The notes: generated by a model not told the origin, from the letters alone. Counted from the stretch's first letter, positions 32,716 through 43,160 are shown. The stretch is DNA of 44,246 nucleotides from Octopus bimaculoides (GCF_001194135.2 NC_068990.1:47481731-47525976), one strand, 5' to 3'. A program made the numbers and translations.

Positions 32716-35284
32716 AAAAGTGAAAGTAGGAATGGTTAAAGAAGACTGAGTTATCACACTGCCTTGTAAATGTAAAAAATTTATAAATTAATAAAAACAC
32801 TTTGAAAATCAGTTAAAAACACTTTTATTATTTTTTATCATTTATTTTCAATATGTTCCTGAAACTTGACATTTTCTCTCCTTCACAAGTACATCAATAT
32901 CAGCTGTCAAATCCTGAGTAGCATCCAATTTCAGGATGTCATTTAGGTGCTTATGTGTGAGCCTTGAGCACTGCTTTGTTTTATCATTGCTCATTACAGA
33001 GAAAACTTGTTCACAAACATAGGTATCCCGAACATGCACAAAACTTTTGCAGCAAGGGCTGTCAATTTGGGCTACTTTGAAGATACTGATAAAATATGTC
33101 GAAGCCAACTGAAGTAAATTTGTTCTTCAAATCTGAATCACACTGCATGTCAGTCATTTCAAGTTTGATGTTAATGGACAGATCAGAGGCATTGATGTAA
33201 ATCGCAAGCATAAAACTATGAAATCTGTCTCAAGTTCATCAAAAATCTGAAACCATTGCTCAAACTCTCGCAGCAGTCCCTTGATATTGTCTTTGTACCA
33301 ATTCATGTCAACATTATCTGTGGTTGCAACCACATCTTTTAAACAAGGAAAATGAGCAGGGTTACCACCTGACAGTTGTGTCTCCCACAAAGTTAGCAGT
33401 ATTTTGAAAGCATATGTGCATTCAAGTTGAAACTTGAATGCACATATGCTTTCAAAATACTGCGTGACAACGTTTTACGGCCTTGCAGCATTTTGTTCAG
33501 ATTATTCAAGTGCTCTGTAATATCCACGATAAATGCTAAATCTTGCAGCCATCCTAATGATTGAAATTCTAACACTGGTTTGCCCTTTTTCTCTATGAAC
33601 TGTTCAATTTCTTCTTGTAGATTAAAGAAGCGCTTCAACACAGCACCTTGGCTTAACCGCCTTACCTCAGTGTGATATGGCAAGCCATAGGTAATGTCTA
33701 TATTGTTGTCTCTGGTGATTCAGACCTCTAGTTTGGATGAAATTAACAGTTCAGACAACCATTTCCATGACGTGATCCATTTTGAATGACTTGCAACACA
33801 ATGACTCCTGGTGCAAAATGCAGTGAGATATCCAAAAATCATGTCCTCCATTTGCAGTCTGTATTTTCTCTCAGAACTGTGTCACAACACCTGTTACCTT
33901 CTCTCTGAACTGCATCACAACACCTGCTTTTTTCCTAATCAGTGATGGAATACTATCTGTAGCCACGCTGACAGCATAGGCCCAGTCCATTCCGGCCCTG
34001 TCCAGTGCTCCAATAAAAGAGATGAAAATGTCATTTGCTGTTGTAGTGTCCATCATAGGAACCAACTCCAGGAACTCTTCAGTGACGGTCAAAGTCTTGT
34101 CTACACCATGAATGAATATGGCCAGTTGTGCAACATCAGTAATGTCTGTGCTCTCATCAATTGCAACCAAAAATGCAATAAATGACTTTGTGCTTCAGTT
34201 GCCTGTCCAACTCTGCAGAAAGATCTGAAATCTTATCTGCCATAGTGTTGCTTGTCAAGCTCATGTTGGCAAAAGTTTGTCATTTCTCAGGGCATACAAT
34301 TTCTGCAGCCTTCAGTATGCATGTTTTCACGAACTCACCTTCACAGTACGGCTTTGATGCTAATGCTATTTCTCTAGTAACAAGATAGCTAGCTTTTACT
34401 ATTGCCTGACTGATATCTCAGCTTTGGATTAAACCAGACTGTTGTTTCTTCAGATACGCTAACAGTTTATTTACCTTCACTCTTCTCCTTGCAAGTTATT
34501 GTATTTGTTGGCGTGATGAATCTCATAGTGACACCAAATGGTATATTCCTTGAAGACTGAAACCTGCTGCAAACACACCAAGCACACAGGTTTCCCACTC
34601 ACTGCCACAAATAAATAGGAAAAAGACCACTTTTCTTCAAATAATCTAAACTCTGTATCCACTTTTCTCCTTTTAGACAAGGACATTTTGGGTAAGGTAA
34701 AACAGAGCGAAATGTTGACCTAAAAAAAGAAAATTCATTGTTTGTCATTGAATAAATTTCCAAAAAATATATTTACTCCAATACAATAGTAAAACAAATC
34801 TTTAAATAATTTAAGGGAGTTTTTCTGTTAGAAATTGGATCATTGACACTATCATCAGTTATACCCAAACAGTCACCATTCACAATAATAAGTAAATATA
34901 TAATATAATTTTTAGTTTTCAAAGTCATCTTGTGGGCCAGTTCTAGCCCACGGGCCGTATGTTTGAAAAAATGTAATATATTTGGATAAATCACATTTTG
35001 AAGTCCATGACTACAAGCCAATGGTTGTGAGATGGAGCAAACATGAGTCTCATCAGCCAGTGCACATTCAACAAGCGCCAAAACACGTTCCTTAATTAAT
35101 ATTTTGGAGTTGTTTGACTGCCGAAGGTCCAGGGCAGCTTATTAATGACTGGCGATAAATACAAGTCAATCCTACAAGCTCTCTGCACTTGGTCTGCTTA
35201 GGAGGTTGCTGTGTCCTAGCATATGTGCTGCTTCTTTTAGTTTTCGTATTTTCCAGTGGTATTCTCTGTCTATTATTTTAACTT

Positions 35285-36299
35285 TGTAGTGTGATGGAGG
35301 AAAAAGAACAGAAAAAGAAGCAAAAGAGACAAAGAAATACAGAGACCTTACCTGTTGACCGTGGTGGGATCAACGATCACTGACCAGGCGCTGTCTCACA
35401 TTGAACTGTCTGCACGTGCTCTGTGTCCACGCATGCCCCCGTGGCTCTTCCACTGGCCCCTGCAGTCTTCACTTCCGTTTGCCTCACCTGCAATCCTCTC
35501 CACCAACACCACATAGCGCATCACAGCCCATAACACCACACGCCCTCCCCCCCCGATCTACAGATCACTCAACCGACTTTCCCACTCACTCCTCACTCCC
35601 GAACTCACACCTTAATTGGTTTCATAATCAGCCAACCAGGGAGGAGGGTGCTGCTCCCTCTGTGGTCGCTGTGCAACCCCGGGACTGGCCTGAGTTCCTG
35701 GCAAATACATCGACCTGTTCGCCAGTCCACTTTACTTTCCCCAGGCAAGCATATGCTTCAAACATTCCTTCTGCAAAGGCCTCCATCAAGTGGATTTCTA
35801 TTTTTTCCACACTAAGTTGGTCCCTTTCTTCCATTTCTAAGTATAGTGCCAACGCCGAACCATCTAGGTACAGCGGTAGAAAACTCGCTAAGTTATCTAT
35901 CCCATGGAGCTTCGCAACCAACTTCATCTTCTTTAACCATGCGACTACATCCGTGTCACTGCAAAATGGTTTCACCATATCATTCAAAATACGGACTACA
36001 CTCATCATTGTTTTTTTTTTTTCGTTATGGGCCAAAATAGCTTGTAGTGTGATGGAGAAAAAGACAACAGAAAAAGAAGCAAAAGAGACAAAGAAATACA
36101 GAGACCTTACCTGTTGACCGTGGCAGGACCAGATAAAAATACAACCTTTTAGACGCACCGTCTCTCATCGAACTGTCCATGCATGCCCCCGTGGCTCTTC
36201 CACTGGCCCCTGCAGTTTTCACTTCCGTTTGCTTCATCTGCAATCCTCTCCACCAACACCACATAGCTCATCACAGCCCATAACACCACAAACACCACA
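35285..36299 (-). mobile_element. Short non-autonomous LTR retroelement (TRIM-like) with partial gag
   Basis: LTRs at 35285-35540 and 36043-36290 (TGTAGT...CACCACA), plus a 9-bp terminal duplication at 36291-36299. TSD AACTT at 35280-35284 and 36300-36304; PPT GGGGGGGGAGGGCG; gag-like DMVKPF...VVAWLKK...FLPLYLDG.ALALY...WTGEQVDVF. Confidence 0.9.
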
Positions 36300-36505
36300 A
36301 ACTTCATCCCACAGGGGGAGGTGGGATGAAGTTTAAAAAATAGCATATGGGAACTGGTATTAAGGAAGGATAGGAAAATATTAGATTTATAAGCCCTAAA
36401 ATTCACTCCATAATTGTCCACAGTAAGATTCCAAGTTCGATTCCAGGCAGTGACCTGAATAACAATAATAATAACATTGAACCCAGGTTCGAAATTTTCC
36501 CCAAG

Positions 36506-36549
36506 ACACCTGATGAAAGCTGGAGGGTATATCAGCCAAAACGTTGTGT
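36506..36549 (+). ncRNA. Decayed minimal type-I hammerhead motif
   Basis: ACAC-CTGATGA-A-AGCTG..CAGCC-AAAA-CGT-T-GTGT; the essential GAAA reads AAAA. Confidence 0.65.
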
Positions 36550-36857
36550 AAACAAGAAACAAGATGTATGTACCTGCGAAGGGAACTTTGTCACTTCGTT
36601 CAGGGTTGCCCATCTCAGGTACATCTGATCGACAAGAGTCAACAAACTCGAAAGATCGATGTCTCAGATCCTTGAGAGCATGTGACACTGAACAAATGGG
36701 GTGTTTTCACACGTTTTACCACAAGAGAGAATTTTTCTCCACGGTAACTGCAGTATATTTGCCTTTAGCAGTTGAAATATGTGACAAACATATTTCAACT
36801 AACCTAAATTGGGATTATAAGTAAACACTGCTTAGCGCATTTACTCCGATATATATA

Positions 36858-37530
36858 TTTATTTATTTATTTATTTATGGGTTTCAGCCAAGTGGCTGTG
36901 GTCATGCTGGAGCACCACCGTGACTTTCTGTCTTTATGCTGTGCTCTCTTCACGTTCCTTGCATGGCTCTTCTCCTCCACCTGATATAGTCCAATCAAGA
37001 GTTTTGATGGCACATCGCTGCCCTAAACTGTGTCTCATTTCGAGCCATTGGTTCGTCTGGTATCGTGGAGAGGAAAGCGTTGAGTTTTGTCTTGAAGACC
37101 TCTATATCCATGTCTTGCAGGTCTCTCAAATGTTTTGGCAGGGCATTAAAGAGCTGAGGTCTTCTGAAACCGAGGCTGTTGCAGTACCTCGTTCTTATGT
37201 GAGATGCAGTGGACGGCACCTTTGGTACCATGCAGTGGCGACCTGTGCAGGCATTCTTGTGGTACTTGATGCCAAAGTTTGGCACCAGTCGTTCCAGTAT
37301 TTTCCATATGTATATTATTACATATCTCTCCCGCCTGCGCTCCAGGGAGTAGAGACCTAGTGCCTTCAGTCGCTCCCTGTAGTTCATCTGTTGGACTGTG
37401 GCGATCTTTTTTGTATAGTGACGCTGAATTGCCTCGAGTTCTGCTGTCCGCTTGATACTGTGTGGTGACCACAACTGAGAGCAATAGTCTAGGCGGCTCA
37501 GAACAAATGTCTTCCATAGAGTCAACATGA
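36858..37530 (-). mobile_element. 5'-truncated CR1/L2-group LINE with (TAAA)n tail
   Basis: ORF 36995..37528 FVLSRLDYCSQLWSP...LEAIQRHYTK...YRERLKALGLYSLERRRER...FKTKL..FL..IPDEP. Confidence 0.9.
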
Positions 37531-37550
37531 CTATATATATATATACATAT

Positions 37551-37552
<2 letters not shown>

Positions 37553-37605
<53 letters not shown>
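37553..37605. repeat. (GATA)/(GACA)n microsatellite
   Basis: Direct reading. Confidence 0.95.
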
Positions 37606-37606
<1 letters not shown>

Positions 37607-37614
37607 TAAAACAT

Positions 37615-37728
37615 ACTTGGAAGAGGATGCGTGGTGTTCAAGCATATAATAATATAAATAATATATATATATATATATATATTATTTATATTATTATATG
37701 ATTGAACACCACACATCCTTTTCCAAGT
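37615..37728. repeat. Palindrome with 50-bp arms centred on (TA)n
   Basis: acttggaagaggatgcgtggtgttcaagcatataataatataaataatat vs reverse complement of the right arm: 3 mismatches. Confidence 0.9.
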
Positions 37729-37759
37729 TTTATCTTAATAATTCTAAAGCGACACTCTA

Positions 37760-38130
37760 TTCTTCCAATTAATTTTTTGTCGTTTTCTCTCTTCCTTTCT
37801 CTTATTCTTTTATCTTCTCTTCTCCCACTAATCTATCTTTTTACTCTTTCATTTTCTTCCTTCTTTTCTCTTATTTTTTACCTCCTCTTCTTCCACTATT
37901 CTATCCTTTTACTCTTTTGTTTTCTCTCTTCCTTTCTTTTATTCTTTTACCTCCTCTTTTCCCTCTCTTTTTTTTCTCTCTTAACCTATCTCAAAATCTT
38001 TTCCTATCCCCTTCACATTTCTTTGTCTATCACTCTCTCTCCCTCACTTTTCCTCCTTTGCTCACGTGGCTCCCACATGACCATCAGCCATTTTTCTTTC
38101 TTCTCCTAACTTGTGTTTCATTCTTTCTTC
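37760..38130. repeat. Polypyrimidine (CT-rich) low-complexity tract
   Basis: Direct reading; source of the spurious F/L/S-rich ORFs. Confidence 0.85.
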
Positions 38131-39048
38131 CTGTTGTAGCTGGACAAGGAAGATGTATTCTTATCTGTCACCTGTCCAAGCTTCTTTCTTTGCGTTTGCC
38201 ACCACAACTTCGTTTAGGTTTAGCAGCCCTTCCTATTTGTTTTCACTGTCCTGTTTTTGTCACCAATTTTGACCCTCTGCAAAATCCCAAATTTTATTTA
38301 ATTTGCTTTGTGGGGGTAACTGTTTTACCGAAGGTGTATCTTGTCGTGAATTGCTCGAAATACAGATTAGAAAAACAGCCGACAACTGATGAAGGGGTGT
38401 TCTTTGTGTTGTTTGTCTTGTTTTTCATTTGTTTCTTTTGTTGTTCACAAAAGAAGTTCATATTCCATGTCCTCGTACTTCATATGTTTTGTTGTTTACA
38501 TTTTGAGATAACCCATGCCTACATATATATACATATATATGTATACATNNNNNNNNNNNNNNNNNNNNNNNNNNNNNNNNNNNNNNNNNNNNNNNNNNNN
38601 NNNNNNNNNNNNNNNNNNNNNNNNNNNNNNNNNNNNNNNNNNNNNNNNNNNNNNNNNNNNNNNNNNNNNNNNNNNNNNNNNNNNNNNNNNNNNNNNNNNN
38701 NNNNNNNNNNNNNNNNNNNNNNNNNNNNNNNNNNNNNNNNNNNNNNNNNNNNNNNNNNNNNNNNNNNNNNNNNNNNNNNNNNNNNNNNNNNNNNNNNNNN
38801 NNNNNNNNNNNNNNNNNNNNNNNNNNNNNNNNNNNNNNNNNNATATATATATATATATATATATATAACTGGAACAATGAGCTTAAATAGCACCCATCCT
38901 ACATCCCCTTACAAGAAGACCAACACAACTCCAACTAAAACATAAGGCTTTCTTTACCTATTGCTACTATTACACCACCACATATATTACACCCACTAAT
39001 TACTTCTCCTACATTTCGCACACCACAAACTTTGAACATACTCTTCAA

Positions 39049-39100
39049 CATTCTGATGAGATCTGCCAAACCACTGGCTTGATCGAAACGTACGTAAATG
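39049..39100 (+). ncRNA. Intact minimal type-I hammerhead ribozyme motif
   Basis: CATT-CTGATGA-GATC(t GCCA aaccac TGGC tt)GATC-GAAA-CGTACGT-A-AATG; all core nucleotides, three helices, palindromic helix III, GUA triplet. Confidence 0.85.
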
Positions 39101-39654
39101 ATTATTGCATAATATACAAAATGACTCACTACATAACCTCAACCTCCACAATGACTCATTACACAACCTCCACGTAATAAAACAACGGCTATCTAGTCCA
39201 ACAATAATGCTTTTTCTTGTATTTGTTGCTCCATTCTCCACATAAATATATATATATATATATATCATCGTTTAACGTCCACTTTTCCCTTATGAGGTTT
39301 TTCACGCTAACTACTTGATAAATTCTTACAAAGACTTTATCCTATAATTGAATTATATGTATATATATATATATATATAGATCTTACTGTGTGAGTATCG
39401 GTTCGGTAACATGAAACCTCAAGTGGTGAATGAATATTTCAGCTAATAATAAATGTTTTAACCCTAACCTATTTCAGAAAACTAAATAGCTTAATTCCTT
39501 GTGAAGTTAGCATGTTAGAGTATTAATAGTTTCTTTAACACTTATCAAAGTAGCACAAATATGCAAATTGTTCCAGCAGTTTTATGTAAACTGTGATATA
39601 TTATCCATATGTTATAAGCTATTCATTGTATCTCTGCTTCTCTCCCTCTTCCTC

Positions 39655-39693
<39 letters not shown>

Positions 39694-40959
39694 ACGCGCA
39701 CGCATAAACTTATGAATATGGCATCAGAGTATTCTGTAAAAGAGAAAAAATGTGAAAAAACTACAGGAAAAGACTTCCTGCTGAGTATCTAGGTCTTTCA
39801 TGTTTAGAAGAGCTGAAGGAATCTATGCAATTCAGATCCACTTAACTGTGAAGTATGAATACAAGTCCACTTTTCTAGTTCAGTTAGAAAAAATGGGTGC
39901 AGGTATGGCTGTGTAAGAAGTTCGCTTTAATACTAAGTGGTTTCAGATTTTATCTGATTGTGCAGTGCTTTAGACAAGTGTTTTCTACTGTAATCCTGCA
40001 AGTTAAATTTGGTTAACAGAAACTGTGTGATAGCCTGTCAGAGGGATAGTTCATGACCTTGGTTGGTATATTTAACTTATCGTCTAGTTTAACAACAGCA
40101 GCAGCAGTAGCAATGGTGATGACACTGCACCACTGCTGCCATCTCACCCACCTCTTCCAACTTGGCACTTGGGTGCCTTTAGCTGAGTCCACTCTTGTAA
40201 GCATTCAGTTTAGGTTTCTGCTCTAGGGATAGTATCCACTTATCAGTCTCAGAGACCCCAAAAAAGGTCACAGATGCTGTCATTCCTCTTCTGACTAAGC
40301 CATTAAAAACCTAGTTAAAAAATGATTTGCACTCAAGACAAAGTGATCCATAGCCCATCTCCATAACCTTACAGCCATTGAGCCTAAAGTGTATTAGTTA
40401 TGATAAACAGTTTCCAAAAGGTAGGTCCCAACATACCTGTCTACCTAACTGCTTCAACATCATCAGCCATAAAAACCATGCCAAAACAAACCGTGGAGTT
40501 TGGTGAAGTCCTCTGACTTGCCAGCTCCTGTAAAACAGACGTTAAATGATGATATTGATGATGACAGTGTTTGTGTCTCCTTGTCTTGACATTGTGTAGT
40601 GTAAATGAATGAATATCTTTTATTTCCAATATTCTGCAAAAACATTTCTGACCATGGGGAAATATTATCTTACTTGAAAAATGAAAAAGGTTAGTGACAG
40701 GAAGATCATCTGACCTATGCAAGCATAAAAAAAGTGAATGTTGATATCAATGTTTGTAAATGAGCACTGTCACATAAACAATGTTGTTCATTTCCAGATT
40801 TCAATGGAAAACATATCTGGCCATGGGATATATTACCTTGATTGGAAACAGGTGAAGATTGGTCTCAGAAAGGGCATCTGGTTGTAGAAAATTTGTCTCA
40901 ACAAATTCCATCTGACCCATGTAAGTATGGATGTGTGGATGTTAAATGATAATGATCAA

Positions 40960-42350
40960 AAGCATCAAAAGTAACTTTATGGGACATAGTGCATCCAACT
41001 TCAAATTATCATTGAACACTGCTTCAGCACATCTGCTGCTCCTATTCTTCTGCTAATGTAACATGTTGTTATGTCATCAATGGTGGCATTCAATGTCAGT
41101 GTGAATGTACTGTGAGTGAGCTGTTTTACCTTCAGGCAATAGAGTGGCAGCAATACACGAAGAGGTAGCAACCTACCTCAACAATCTTCCCATGTTGTCT
41201 CACTTCAGCCAGTAGTAAGTTTATCAGAAAAGATTTCCTTGTCCCTCCAGGTGCATCATGAAAGAAAATTTCATCCTTTCCCTGAATATGATTGACAATT
41301 CTATTGAAGCCTCTCTGTTAATAATCAAACAGATTAGGCTCACTTTCAGCTAAAAATTGTGCCTGAGAATTAGCATCATTGTAGGGTTCACATTGAACTT
41401 CAGGTGATGAGTCATTCCCTTGAAACTAGTTACCATGAAACAAGTCAAATCTATGTAACTCATTTCCACTGACTATTGTTGTATTTAATGCTTATAAATT
41501 ATATTTAGGTCTTGTGTAAGCTTTAGCTAAAGATCACTGGGTGGTCCACATGTTTTTGAAGATACTATAAAGAAGCTTTGCAATACAAAGGTGATTGTAA
41601 AACAAGTTTCCATTACTGAGCATCATTTTGTAACAGGCTCATCTGAAACATACATCTCTGTATTTAGTACAAATGTGACTATCCAATGTTTAAAGCTGGT
41701 GGAATGATTTAGGCCCTCTGACTTCATTTATGAGCATCATTAAGCAGAAACATACTTGCTGGCTGTGATGAACAGTATAGCCATTTTCCAAAGTGTAAAC
41801 AAATGTAACGTATCTATAGCTTTCAACAGGAGATCCTATTTCCCTTCTGGATCATTTTGGCAAAGATACTCTAAGTGTACCTACTGCTCTATGGAGCTAG
41901 CGCTTGCTACATTGCATTTGTAACATGGTACTGATATACAGCTGCATGTAGCAGGATATAAATGGTATTTATCAGAAAGATGATATGACTGTGTGGTTGT
42001 TGAATAAGTAAAAGGTTTATCAACACATTCTTTTAATGTATGTTTGCATCAATACCAATTTTAAACATGCACATGTAGCATGCACTAGCTCCAAAGAGCA
42101 GTAAGAACACTTACAGAAGTTTTGCCAAAATGGTCCAGCATGGACTAAACAGAACAAGAGGATACATGTTGATGAAAGAGTCGCTAAAGAAGTCATAAAT
42201 GTATGATGAAAGATTTCCAGACAATGGACATAAGATATAATAAGAACAATAATAAATAAGTGAAGAACAAATATATAATGAGTGTGTTTATTAGGCAAGA
42301 AAAAAAAATGACCATTCCGGAATATAACAATATCTGTTTCAACACTGGAT
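40960..42350 (-). mobile_element. Degenerate Helitron RepHel (PIF1-like helicase) remnant
   Basis: Minus strand EIFFHDAPGGTRKSFLINLLLAEVRQHGK...IAATLLPEGKTAHS, and upstream VHHSQQVCFCLMMLINEVRGPKSF; many stops; boundaries approximate. Confidence 0.72.
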
Positions 42351-42380
42351 TTCAGATCAAGAATCTTGCAAGACAAATTC

Positions 42381-42413
<33 letters not shown>

Positions 42414-42796
42414 CATATACATATATGTGTGTGTGTGTGTATGTATGTGTGTATGTGTGTGTGCGTGTGCGCATTTGTGTGCGTGTGTATATATATATAT
42501 ATATATATANNNNNNNNNNNNNNNNNNNNNNNNNNNNNNNNNNNNNNNNNNNNNNNNNNNNNNNNNNNNNNNNNNNNNNNNNNNNNNNNNNNNNNNNNNN
42601 NNNNNNNNNNNNNNNNNNNNNNNNNNNNNNNNNNNNNNNNNNNNNNNNNNNNNNNNNNNNNNNNNNNNNNNNNNNNNNNNNNNNNNNNNNNNNNNNNNNN
42701 NNNNNNNNNNNNNNNNNNNNNNNNNNNNNNNNNNNNNNNNNNNNNNNNNNNNNNNNNNNNNNNNNNNNNNNNNNNNNNNNNNNNNNNNNNNNNNNN

Positions 42797-42858
42797 AATG
42801 CAATATGAAGAGCAATCTTCATTTTCGTGCAGCTGAAGATTGCTCTTCATATTGCATT
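42797..42858. repeat. Perfect 25-bp stem / 12-nt loop hairpin
   Basis: AATGCAATATGAAGAGCAATCTTCA / TGAAGATTGCTCTTCATATTGCATT. Confidence 0.92.
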
Positions 42859-42977
42859 TAATGTAATGCTCGCATTACTTAAATAAATGGAGTAGCATGA
42901 AACGTGCGTACTGCAATCATCTTTGAAATCCGTGTTGCTTATTTTGATTTATATATATATATATATATATATATATG

Positions 42978-43150
42978 GAGAATTCACAAAAAAACAAAAG
43001 ACGAAGACAGGTGGTGTAGACAACAAAAAAGATGTATTAGTTTAATGCTCAAGAAGTGAAAAAGTCTTTAATTTTTGAGCTTATGCTCTTCCACAGAAAG
43101 GAACACAGAAAGAAACAAGGAGAGAAAATAAAAAATGTGTAGTGGCTAGT
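42978..43150 (-). mobile_element. Penelope pLTR-like repeat with decayed hammerhead scaffold (43066-43100); related copy at about 4160-4260
   Basis: Shared aaagacaggtg...gtattagtttaatgctc motif; minus strand CTTT-CTGTGGA-A-GAGC-ataa-GCTC-AAAAATT-AAAG. Confidence 0.5.
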
Positions 43151-43160
43151 GATACACATA

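Larger units (their letters stand above)
30633..34966 (-). mobile_element. hAT-Charlie/Buster (GTF2IRD2-like) DNA transposon, pseudogenised, interrupted at 30831-32715
   Basis: TIR CAGTGGTGTCAAACT preceded by ACCTAGGT (nnnTAnnn). Fragments KRRKVD..CLVC..., VAIDESTDITDVAQLAIFI, YHTEVR.LSQG, TYVCEQVFSVM...SRLTHKHL. The other TIR is truncated after gggccgtatgtttga. Confidence 0.92.
34970..36570. mobile_element. Penelope-like 3' fragments (GIY-YIG C-terminus) in inverted arrangement, interrupted by an LTR element
   Basis: Minus strand HLPLWDEV|KIIDREYHWKIRKLKEAAHMLGHSNLLSRPS across the LTR insertion; plus strand WDEV..SIWELVLRKDRK followed by a hammerhead motif. Confidence 0.75.

Noticed and set aside
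37702-38945. Long ORFs of 135 and 342 aa (F/L/S-rich)
   Set aside because: Arise from a CT-rich low-complexity tract and read through an N gap
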